DNA of 64,000 bases from positions 248,001 to 312,000 of the forward strand of contig NIVC01000575.1 of NCBI GenBank assembly GCA_002269645.1, given 5' to 3'. The stretch is from Macrostomum lignano (taxonomy: Eukaryota). The notes below the pieces were generated by a model. The model did no database searches, was not told the origin of the DNA, and saw only the letters and a list, made by a program, of their open reading frames with translations. Shown here piece by piece: positions 23,719 through 35,348 of the stretch. Every line of letters begins with the position of its first letter. Positions within the stretch are counted from its first letter, which is position 1. The position numbers were made by a program, and so were the translations under genes.

Positions 23719-25739
23719 GGCCTAGGTAGGGACTCCAGTGAGATTTTGAAACTTTAAAATTTATATATTTTCAGATATGTATCTGATAGAGGACAATAAC
23801 AGCATCACAAAATGGCTTCACTTATTAAATTTGGTTGAGTAATAAAAAAGTTATAGCATTTTTTGTGCCCAAAAAATTACGTTTTTTAGATAGGAAAAAT
23901 ACATTATAGATTGTTGCCATTAGATGTACGAAAACAAAATTTTTCACTTTTTGTTGTCATATCTTTTTTGCTATTCAACATACAATATTGAGTCTGGTAT
24001 CATTTTAAAGACCAAGCAGTTCTACATAAGATTAACAAATTGTTTTTATTCTTTCTAATGTATCTTTCTTGGGGTTTGCATTTGAATTTTTAAAAAGTGA
24101 AAAATGCACATCAAAAATAGAGCAAAATTAAAATTTCAAATGACTATTATTTAAAAGTTAATTGCTTTTTCTGAAATCTTTTTTATTTGTTTACTCCACA
24201 ACATATAAAAGTATATATTTTTATACCATTTTTTCCTATATATTGACAAAGGTTAAAAAATTCACCAATTTTGTGACTTTTTTGCTACTGGAACTTGATA
24301 GCATATCTTAAAATTGCACATTTTTCAACTTTGAATGATTATATTTTTTAGACTAATGAATATATATAAAGTTTGATTTGTTTTTTTAATGAAAAACATA
24401 TGAAAATGTTTTTTTTGTGTACTTTGGTTTATTTAAAAGCTCTTGTTCTTTTTTTCCAATATTATTGCTTGTTGAGTAGCTGCAACTGAAGACTGAAGTT
24501 AGCATATATTTAATGCTTATTGTCTTTACACACATAATGTATATTGTCTGCTTTGCTTTTTAACTGTAAAACATATAGGTAAATAATTGTTGATACTATT
24601 GTCTTGTATATTTTTTGATTGAGCCTATCCTTATTGTAAAATTATATATTGTGAATAAAGTTACCGATGAACATTTCTGTAAACAAGTGTAAAGAAGTAT
24701 TTAAAAATATATTGTACTTAAAATTGTATATTGTGAAGTTGCTTATTAAACTTACAAATGGAATAAACACAATTTCTTATGAAATTCAGTTCATTTTTAT
24801 GGGAGTTTGAATTGCAGACCAAGGTTACGTGCATTCAAGGGGTCATTTATTGGGATTGCAATTGCTATAGCTCAATAAGCTAAAGCATACATTTATTTGT
24901 ATTATTTTGCCTTCAAAACTAATTTGCAATGGTAAAACGTCTTCTTTTTGGTTAAGAAAAGCCATAATAAGCCACTTTTTATATAAGTAATATGTAAGTA
25001 GTATCGCTACTAAAAAGCAAACATTGCTGCTGCTCCTCGGTGGATGTATGTGGAAGGATATAAAAGTGCTGTGAAGAATTCCCATAAGTTCCTCTATTAA
25101 ATGCAGTAGAAGAATAGTCTTTGGAAATTACTGCTAGAAAAAAATTTAAATTTTCTGTTTTATCCGTCTATTTTACACTGAAGAGATAGGCAAAAACAGG
25201 CTTCAATAACTTTTTGGCGGATGTAGATAGACATGTGTGGTTTTTTTTAATGTAATCATATTACGGAGTAGCATTCATTTCCGGGTTTTACTAAGCTTCG
25301 GAAATACGGGTACAATTTTTATTCAACTTTAATTTTTTTATACTGTCTAAATAGGGAGAAAAGAAAAAAAATTTCTTCTCAAAATGTCAAAAAATGTTTG
25401 TAAATATAGTTGTTTGTATCAATAAATAGTTATATTTTGTTAAAATAATTGCTTTCCAACAAAAAAACGAACTTTCGAAAGTCACTTTTTTTGGCAACAA
25501 AACGAGTGTATTAAAAAAAAGACGAAGTTCAGTGGGACATTACTCGGCATACAATGTATATATTTTTTGTTTCTTTATCTCATTAAAAAGAATAGAAACT
25601 CTTCTTTAACATGTATATTTTGTTTTTACTATAAACATTTTCTATGCATGGCAATTTCATTTTTAAAAAACATTATTTTACGATTTTTCGTGTAATTATC
25701 AGCTTTACGGTAACCTCACTGGAGTCCCTAGCCTAGGCC
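23719..25739. mobile_element. Putative ~2-kb non-autonomous DNA transposon with ~25-bp terminal inverted repeats
   Basis: GGCCTAGGTAGGGACTCCAGTGAG at 23719 is the reverse complement (one indel) of CTCACTGGAGTCCCTAGCCTAGGCC ending at 25739. The interior is AT-rich and non-coding. No clear TSD. Confidence 0.55.
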
Positions 25740-27099
25740 AGAAAATTGAAAAAATAAAAATCTATCACCTAATAAGTCTTTATTGGAATAAATGTTATAA
25801 ACTTGCGGATGCCCACTTTAGAAAAAGAGTCAAATTATTTTATCAAACTTAAGGATTATTAGAAATCATTTTCTATTGAAATTAAAATTTGCTAATATTC
25901 CTAAATCATAATTAAAATTTTCTAAAATAAAATAAAAAAGAGTTTAATATGACCAAAACTCATTTTTTACTCTTGATTTACTGCTTATACAAAACAAAAT
26001 ATATATATATCTATAGCAAAAATAAGTTTATTTTTAGCTACTCTTTTGAACACTTTAAAAGTTTTGATTTTCAATTTTTTTAAAATCAAAATTCACTCCT
26101 AAAAATTCCAAATTTAGAAAATCAAAATCAAAATTTTTAAACAACTTTAGAAAGCATTATACAATAAATTATAAGTGTATAGGCCCTTTTCACAAAAGTA
26201 TTAGACCCTGGGCCTCTTCCATGTATATTTATTTGCTAGTGCAGGCACTATGCTTGCTTTTAGAAAAATTTTGAAATTGCACTAGATGCTATCCACAATT
26301 TTATAGCTTTTTTCTTTAAGGGTAAAAGTCTAACAAATAATATATTATATAGGCATTTTCCACCACTTAACTTAAGCCAAATTAGAAATTAGTCTATGAC
26401 TAAATTAACTTAAAAAAAAAGTTTATAAGCAAAATGGTCAAGGGGCAAAACATCTAGCCAAAATGGTTTAGGGAAAATGAGCAGTTAGGCCTTTACCATA
26501 TAAACAATAGACCTTGACCTATTATGTAGGCCCTTTATTTTTTAATTAGCAACAATCTTAAATTTTCATTAAAGCCAAGGTGTTCACTGTTCACACAATT
26601 TTCATTTTCAATTTTTTGGTTTTTTAGGGTTTTCCAGGATTTTTCTAGAATTTAGGAATCTAAGTTATTTCTAGAATATTTCCAGATCATTTGTGATTTT
26701 TAGGAATAACATTTATTGTTAGTTTACAATCAGTTTTACTTTATTTTGTGCTATGATCCCCTACCCGTAATTTTACCACTGAAGTGATCATAAAACGAAA
26801 TATATTTCTGATATCTCCCTCCAGTTTCGTCCTGCGATCACCTTCAATGTCCTTCCTACAATTACAATACAATCTCCCAATTTAAATGATCTTAACAACG
26901 AAAGTGTATAATATATACAGGATCCGTTTGGAAGGATGTTAGTCAAATATAATATACCCCTTCTTCAACTCTAAACTGATTTTAAGGATCATCGGCCATT
27001 ACTACTTGGGATCGAATAACAAAAGCCCCGACTCTCATCTCATATGGACAATGGTCAATGGACTGGTATGTGATCGCAGGACAAAAGAATGCCCATACA

Positions 27100-27600
27100 A
27101 GATACAATTAAAGTAATATTAAGCAGTACTCTGCTTTCTCGTCGGTGTTGTATATTTGGGTTATACTATAGAACGAGAAACAAAATTTACCATAGACATC
27201 GAACAATGGGCATTGAATGCAAAGTTCATTCATAGAACAAAGATTGTATATTTGGGTTATACTATAGAACGAGAAACAAAATTTACCATAGACATCGAAC
27301 AATGGGCATTGAATGCAAAGTTCATTCATAGAACAAAGAAAGTTTGAATGACGCGAAGAGTCTCGAAGCAATGAATTTTGAATATTTAAAATTGCACAGA
27401 ACAATTCAACTAATTTAAACAAAGCTACTATACCTCAAGTATATTGTGTCGTTAAAAATAAATATAGCTTGCATTTAAATGTCTAAAAATATCAAACTCA
27501 GTATTTGAAAACCTCAGAAAGAGACCAAAAGTTTTGCTAACGCTTTACGCATGTACCCTGAACGACTCTGTCTCGCACATTGAAAGAAGATAACAAATAA
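27100..27600 (+). pseudogene. Possible decayed non-LTR retrotransposon RT fragment containing a 96-bp tandem duplication (27148-27340)
   Basis: The duplication is seen directly. The peptide VYLGYTIERETKFTIDIEQW resembles the LINE RT YLG motif, but the homology is weak. Confidence 0.3.
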
Positions 27601-28539
27601 ATGCACAAAATAAATGCACAAAAGATAACAAGAAGCACATACACGTATTAGAAAAATTATTGCGATGAAATTGCATTTACATTGATATTCAATTGATCGA
27701 CAAATGCATAAATATACATTACATGCTCGATCATCACCTCATCAAATACTTTAATTTTTCCAACATCTGTTGTGGAAATCGCTCAGGTCTCTCAGGCACA
27801 CTTCAACACCCTTCATATCACTCTGATCATTCTAAATCGTCTTTCCAGGGCTGCTAAATAATACATTGCATTTTGAAATGACCAATGCCATTTAAATTCT
27901 GCATTTTGTTTCTGAGGAAGCGATGGATGATTAACTACTTACTGTACATGCACATGTATAGTTACATTTACATGCAAACTGACATGTTTATACATGTACA
28001 TGCAAAATTCAGCTGGCCGTTTGTAGGAGGATGCATGCATGATATGTTCATACGTCTAGTGTGCTAGCGATTTCAATTTCAAGGCTCCAGTAGTGGTACA
28101 TGTAAATTATCTGCGTTTGATGCAAAATGCAATTGTATAAATTGCACGTAATACACAGAAAAACTAATCCATCAACTTTCAGGTGTGATTTTAGATGAAG
28201 AATTTATATTTACGAGCATTATCCCTTGTGCACAGCTGCCTTTGCTGCTTTGTACACAGACGATATGGATATACATGTACAGAGAGCAGTCAGTCCAAAT
28301 TATGCGGCATGCTAATCAATATAGCATGGGCGTGGTCCAAATCGACTGACAGTGGCAATACAGCTACATGTATAGTATAGCTCAGTTGTTGCCGAACGGC
28401 CTTTAAGCTTGAGGTGAACTGGCCAACGGCAATCTAGGGGATAATATACATCCCTGGAACTTCGTGCCAAACAGTTAAATACAGCGCACAACGCATCGAT
28501 CCACATAACGGCAACTATTTCGGAATTCGTTTGCAAAAA

Positions 28540-31500
28540 ATGGCCGGTCAAGTTCTGAGAGCCTGTAGAGCAGCTTGCTGCGTCTTCCTAGCTGGGCTAA
28601 ACGTGATTTTTATTGTAAGTACCGGTATAGTAGTCTTTTATAATGGGTGGGGATAAGCGATTTGAAGACTGTGTTTAAATGGTTGGAGTTGTTTGGCTTG
28701 GTTAGCAAGAATACTCACAGTTCGTACAGTCTACTATAGTCTATGTATCAAATCTACAGCAGACTTCTCTGAATACTTTTGCTTGTCTTTGACTGGTCAC
28801 TAGAATCTAATTAATACAATATGAAAGTACAAACTTTCTTAAGCATAACAAATTTATTAGCAAAGTGTCTATTTTGTTTCAATGATATTGCTCAGCTGGC
28901 ATTCACAAACTACGAGCTATATAAGATCGAGTGCCAATATCATTGAGACGGTCCCAGAAATACGATTTAATCAACCCTATAGCTCACGACAATTAAATAA
29001 GCTTGTGAGCTGACAGTTCCCTCTAACGATGTACCAATCTCGCCAGCCAATCGGAATCGCTCTTACCCTGATCGGCTGCCTGCTCGCCTGGGGCTTCGCC
29101 GGACTTAGCGATCTGTTGAAATCCGACAGCGGAGTGCTCAGCTCGCTTGGCAACCACATCAACGGCCTCCTACCGCCGGGCCTTGGCATCGACTTGGACA
29201 GCCTGCTGTCCGGTCTGGGCGAGGTTTCCGGCGCCATCGGTGGTGTGTTTATTGGCGCCGGTCTGGCGCTTGTCGGCCTGAGCTGCCTGGGCTGTCTGGG
29301 GGCCAGCTGCAGCAACCGTGTCTGCCTGGTCATTGTGAGACACTGCATACATTGTTGGTGCCGGAGAAGGGTCTGGGTATAGGCTACTCACTCTGTAATG
29401 GACTCATTCCATGCAAAATGCACCTGAAAATTTCAGTACGCAGCCTATCTATTGGTGCTGCTCACTGGTCAGCTGGTTTTAGTCGCGGTGTGGTTCACCA
29501 AGCTTGAAATGGCAAGTAATTTTATTTTCTCTGTTTCAATGTCAACGTATTCGCCTACTTGACACCTTTCATGGAAGAATCCTTTTTAAAAAGATGTCTC
29601 ACCTGAACAGATAGCCACTGGGGCGAAGTAAGTTGGTCTTTAAGTATATCGAAATGTTTCAGCAGAGCAATAATTTGGGTTTGAGGACCCAGAGTCTCAT
29701 TATGGATGCAGGTCGGACTCGGCCTTTGCTGCCAATGTGCCGAGTCAATGGGGTGACTTGTCGAAAGCCAAAGGGGATGTCATATTAAGCGCGGGAATGG
29801 TCACTGAGCCCGAGGTGAAGCTCAGGGCCAAACTGGCTGTACCAGATAGATATTTTGAGGATATTTCAGTCAGTCGGTTTGTTTTGGGAGTTTCGGAGCT
29901 TTACTTCGGTCTCGTAGTTGCTCCGATGAGTTTACGGCGAACGCACTACCTGGGTTTTTTTTAGGCCATACGGGGTTTTTTGGGCCCTTGAAAATCTCAT
30001 TGGCAACTGGATTTTTGGCATCAGAGGCCAATCTGGCAACTTTATTTTCCCCATGCCAGTTGCCAATTTCAAAATATGATTTTGTAAGTGTAATAAAAGT
30101 GCCATACGAGTATAAATAGATATGATGGAATTGTTAGTTTGTTATTGTTTGCAGCAGAGATAGCAATCTTAGAGTTGAGAGAACAAATTTCTGCTTTTCA
30201 AAAGTAGCCTTGGAAATATCCATCCTCGAGAATTTGGCTAGTTGCCAATGGGCAACCGAAAATAGCCCTTGGCAACTGGATTTCCAACCTTAAAAAAACC
30301 CAGCGCACTACAATTAAAAAACCCTTCAACAGTTCAAGCAGCTCATCAAACGCGCCATGCTGGACGGTCTGCAGAAGTACACAGGCCTTGGCAGCGACAA
30401 TGTGCAAACTCTGTCCCAGAATCTGCTGCACATATTCGCTGGGTGTTGCGGTGTCAACAATGGTACAGACTTTCAAACGCTTAGTCCACGTTGGAACAGA
30501 ATCTACACCTATCAGGAGAACAACAGATCGTTCAGCTATGGTGAGCTTTTTGAGGATTTCTAAACAGAACCAATTGCCAAAGTTCTAGATCTCACTCATG
30601 GCCGTGCAAGGAGTCTTCTGTGGCAAAGTCATCTTGCTTTCTATCCATCGCTTTCTCTTTTTTTAATCTTCAGCTTCGTATGCCCTCTACCTGTAGTTCA
30701 CCACGTTCTAAATCTAGGCTAAACAACTGCAGCCGTTCTTCACGTAATCTTTTCTATCTTCAAGCTTCTCGTGAACTCTTACCGAACTCGATAGACTTCA
30801 CACGGACTACTTAAGTAGATAAACGACAATTAAGTAGTCCGTGAGACTTTACTGCAGGGGTGAGCTTACTCCGGCCCGCGGGCCATACGCGGCCCGCAAA
30901 GCCTCTCTATCCGGCCCTCGGGTCCTTGGACACTTCAGAATGGCAATCCGGCCCGCTCAAGGTTTGCCTCTTCTCAGTTATCTCTCCTGCTCTCCTCTCC
31001 TCTCCTCTCCTATCCTCTCCTCTCCTCTCCTATCCTCTCCTCTCCTCTCCTCTCCTCTCCTCTCCTCTCCTCTCCTCTCCTCTCCTCTCCTCTCCTCTCC
31101 TCTCCTATCCTCTCCTCTCCTCTCCTCTCCTCTCCTCTCCTCTTCTCTCCTCTCCTCTCCTCTCCTCTCCTCTCCTCTCCTCTCCTCTCCTCTCCTCTCC
31201 TCTCCTCTCCTCTCCTCTCCTCTCCTCTCCTCTCCTCTCCTCTTCTCTCCTTTCTCCTCTTCTCTCCTCTCCTCTCCTTTCTCCTCTTCTCTCCTCTCCT
31301 CTCCACTCCTGTCTACTCTAATCTCATCTCCTCTCCCCTTTCCTCTCCTCTCTCCTCTCCTCTCAGTTGCTGTACTCTCCCCTCTCATCTCATCTCCCCT
31401 CTCCTCTCCTCTTATCTCCTTTCTTCTCAGTCATCTCTTCTCTCATAGCCTCCTTCATGTCGCCTCTTACCTCCCCTCGCTTTTATCATCTCCCATCTTC

Positions 31501-32658
31501 TCTTTCTTCTCTCTCCCCCATTCCCTCTCCTTTCTACTCTCATCTGGGGGTGCACGACAATTGACTGCCACGATTTGACTGCGGACAATTTGACTGCCGA
31601 GCAATTCGACTGCCGACAATTTGACTGCCGACAAAATGACTGCCGACAAAATGACTGCCGACAAAATGACTGCGGCAATTTGACTGCCGACAAAATGACT
31701 GCGGCAATTTGACTGCCGACAATTTGACTGCGGCAATTTGACTGCCAGCAAAATGACTGCGGCAATTTGACTGCCGAGCAATTTGACTGCCAGCGAAATG
31801 ACTGCCGGAAAAATGATGCTCCTAAAGTTTAGCACTCTGTCAACCCTTTTAAGTCTATGCATGTAGTGAAATATTGTATTTACGAGCTAGAATGATGCAG
31901 AACAGAACACATAACTTTTATACAACAAGCTGTAACAGCTGTTGAAACCCGCGGATTTTGAACAGTGGGAAATGGGAATTCCAATCGTAGGAACTATTTT
32001 GCATATATTCTAAAATCTGAAGTTAAACTCAAGCAAAAACTTTTATTATTAGAGTTAAACATAACATAGATTACATTCGTGTAAAATTAGGATTGGAGGC
32101 AAACTATTGATATTGTTGGCTGGGGTGCGGCGCAGAATGTCAGAAAAACTCTGGCCTCTACTTCTGCCTCTCGATCCCTATGTTCCTTGCATCCTTTAAA
32201 CCTTCTATCTTCTCTTCTGTTTTCTCACTTCTCTCTCGTCTCTTCTCTCTCGTCTCTGCTCTCTCATCTCCCCTCTCTCATCTGTCATCTTTACTCTCTT
32301 ATACTGGTATGTTCTCTTACCTCTCTCCTCTGTACTCTTCTCTTTCCCCTCTTTTGACTCCTCTCTTTCCTTAGTCCTCTTCCCTCTTCTATACTCTCTC
32401 CCCTTTATTCACTTCTCTCGTCTCTCTGCACTCTGCTCTCTCCGCCTTCATCTCTCATCTCTCCTCTTTTGCATAACGAGAATGCGCCTAGCAAGTTTTT
32501 CAAATTCATTCGTCAATATAAAGCTGTGCACAACTAGGCTAGGCTTTTGGTTTTGGTGTTTGGGGTTGCCAACTTTGGGGTTTGGAGTCAAATAATAAAA
32601 GGAGAGGGTGATCAGTGGAGCCCACAAGTTTAGGTGGCTAGCAAACTCATAAAACTCC

Positions 32659-32717
<59 letters not shown>

Positions 32718-34134
32718 CGAACATTGAGGGACTGGGGGAGAGAGGAGGAGGGGTGGCCTCTTGTTTTCTATATTGTCGGCAGTCAATTGCCGCAGTCATT
32801 TTGTCGGCAGTCATTTTGTCGGCAGTCATATTGTCGGCAGTCATATTGTCGGCAGTCATTTTGTCGGCAGTCATTTTGTCGGCAGTCATTTTGTCGGCAG
32901 TCATATTGTCGGCAGTCATATTGTCGGCAGTCATTTTGTCGGCAGTCAAATTGCTCGGCAGTCAAATTGACCGCAGTCAATTGTCGTAGACCCCTCATCT
33001 GGCCCGCAGCCATGAGCTGGATTCTTTATCTGGCCCTTGAGGTAAAAGGTTTGCAGCTGACCCCAGCTTTAGTGTATGCATGACTTTCACTGCACCAAAT
33101 GGCCCTCAACCCTCTCATCCAAAGACAGCAACGATTGCAGTAAAAGGAATGCTTTGATAGGCCAGAAAACGGTTCCAAAAGAAGAGAAAAGGTTAAAATT
33201 GTGTTAGGTGCGAAAGTTAAAGATTTGGTCAGAGGATTGCAAGATTCTCGAAAGAAGCATCGAAAAGTCTCAACCAGGAAATTTTATTCGAGTATGTGGA
33301 ACGAGAAAAGCTCCAAAGAAGTTCGTTCCGCTACGGGTCTCTTTTGTTTGGAAAGTTTCTACAAACAATTCAAATTAGTCTTCGCACTATAACTTAGTTG
33401 CTAGATGTATCCATGCATATCACCTTCAATATCTGTGTACTCGCTGATTAATTGTTTCAAGGGCTTGCCTATCCGGTCACCTGTTGCAAGTACAACATGT
33501 CCACTCTCAAACCGGTGGACATCAACTGCAGCTACAACAATACCAACCCGAGCACTAGCTGGTATCAGGAGGGCTGCTTTGACCGACTATCCGACCTGTT
33601 AAACAGCTGGATGGGACTGAGGGAGACATTTGCCTCCATTGGTGGCTGTCTTGGTCTGCAGGTATAGTTAATTCAACTTTTGCTATTCAACTTCTAGTTC
33701 GATATCATTTACTGGAAGTCAGCCAGACATTTTAGCTGCAGACAATTTCCAGAAGATTCACCCTGGCACTCTATTATCTACAGACACTTCACCCACCCGC
33801 ACACAATTCACCCTGGCACTCTATTATCTACAGACACTTCACCCACCCGCACACAATTCACCCTGGCACACTCTATTACCCACAGACACTTCACCCACCC
33901 GCACACAATTCACCCTGGCACACTCTATTACCCACAGACACTTCACCCACCCGCATAAAAAGAATCTGCAGGCACGTTAAAATTAGACACGTCAGCAGAT
34001 GTCACTTAACTGATAGGCTGACAATGTCTCTCCACGTATCCAAACATTTACCTTTCCAGTTGCTTCTCGCAGTGAGCGCTATGCTCATCGTGTGCATCCG
34101 GACTCGACAGAAGAGGGACCGAAGAGCTACTTGA
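28540..34134 (+). CDS. Tetraspanin, ~306 aa; exons 28540-28614, 29047-29334, 29437-29511, 30333-30540, 33462-33661, 34060-34134
   Basis: Four TM segments (LAGLNVIFI; GLALVGLSCLGCLGA; YAAYLLVLLTGQLVLVAVWF; GGCLGLQLLLAVSAMLIVCI). The large extracellular loop carries CCG, PVTCC, C and GC. All junctions are phase-compatible (921 nt); intron 3 needs a GC donor. Confidence 0.9.
30855..33066. mobile_element. hAT (Charlie-like) non-autonomous element in tetraspanin intron 4
   Basis: Ends are CAGGGGTG... and ...ACCCCAG, with subterminal GGCCCGCGGGCC motifs. 8-bp TSD CTTTACTG / CTTTAGTG (7/8 match). Internal (TCTCC)n expansion. Confidence 0.8.
31548..32993. mobile_element. Foldback/Mutator-like non-autonomous element nested in the hAT element
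   Basis: Perfect 9-bp TSD CTCATCTGG (31539-31547 and 32994-33002). TIRs start GGGT(GC/CT)ACGACAATTGACTGC and continue as inverted arrays of a 15-bp unit (GACTGCCGACAAAAT). No transposase ORF. Confidence 0.85.
33755..33955. repeat. ~50-bp tandem repeat, ~4 copies
   Basis: Units AATTCACCCTGGCACTCTATT...CACCCACCCGCACAC in the last tetraspanin intron. Confidence 0.9.
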
Positions 34135-34479
34135 TAGCGTAGTCGACAGGGCCCTGTGACCTGCTGTAGGAAATCTGGACGATCTGTTCAAAATGCTCTA
34201 AATCTGGAAATGTTATTTGTGATTACGGAACTCATCTGTTACAAAAACTGTTTCTCTGTATCGTAGCAGTTTGAACTCCAAGACGTTAGCGTTACGGTGG
34301 AAGTAGCAGATCCAAATGTTTACAGCTACGAGCCAGACAGTTATGAATGAAATCTCTGTAACAGTCATGCTTTATCCGGTAAAAATTTTGCTACAATTCG
34401 CTTGCTCAGCTGCTAACTGCCACATATCCCGCACTTTTTCTAGTATACTTTTGTGTACTGCCGGTAGAAACTTATTGCA

Positions 34480-34585
<106 letters not shown>

Positions 34586-35348
34586 CAGCACGTGTTTCTC
34601 ATCTATAATCTGAGTGAGTTTGCAACTTCGTTTTAATCCAGACACGAAGGGCTGGCTAAATAAAATTAGAAGCGAGGTACAATCGCATGCGCTGAATTTG
34701 ATTGCAATTTATTTCTCGCATATTTAATGTTCCATACTGAAATTCAGCACACTTTGAGCTAAAGGATAAATCACTCGAAATTTTGCAACTTAGCAGCTTA
34801 AAAAACCCGTTAGAAAATTTTTAAAAAAGTCTTGAGAAAAGCTTTTAAAAATACCTGACCTGTTTTTGTACAGTTCTTTGGGTTCCTTCGACTTGACAGG
34901 AATTCATAAGCAAATACTGCATAGTGAATAATTTAAGGTACAGAATCGATGAAGTGAGTGACATTTTAGCCCAGGGATCTGCTTAACATTAGAAAAGCCA
35001 AGCTAATGTACAATTAGTTCAGCTTTGATTTTCGGACCTCAGAAAAAAATGAATCGAGTTGCAGTCCTTCACCAGTTTGCAGCACCAATGTCGGCTGGTC
35101 AGCGAAACGTGCTACTTACAGTAGTCTAATAACAATAAAAAACCGCTCACATCATGCGTGATTATTGAAAAAAAAGTTCGATAAAAAGTTGCTACCTGTC
35201 TCATCTCTCAGCACAAGACACGAGGACGAAAAACAAACTGATCAGAAAAAATTGTGATATAGAAAAGGGCAGCTCAAGAGATCAAGAGAGAGAGAGGGGG
35301 CGTCCATGGAGGCACGGTAGAGAGAATTCTTTTTTATTAGAGTAAAGT

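Noticed and set aside
30841-33083. LLSSP, ERRGE, AVILS and CRQ ORFs
   Set aside because: Translations of CT tracts and 15-bp TIR arrays inside non-autonomous transposons; no transposase motifs.
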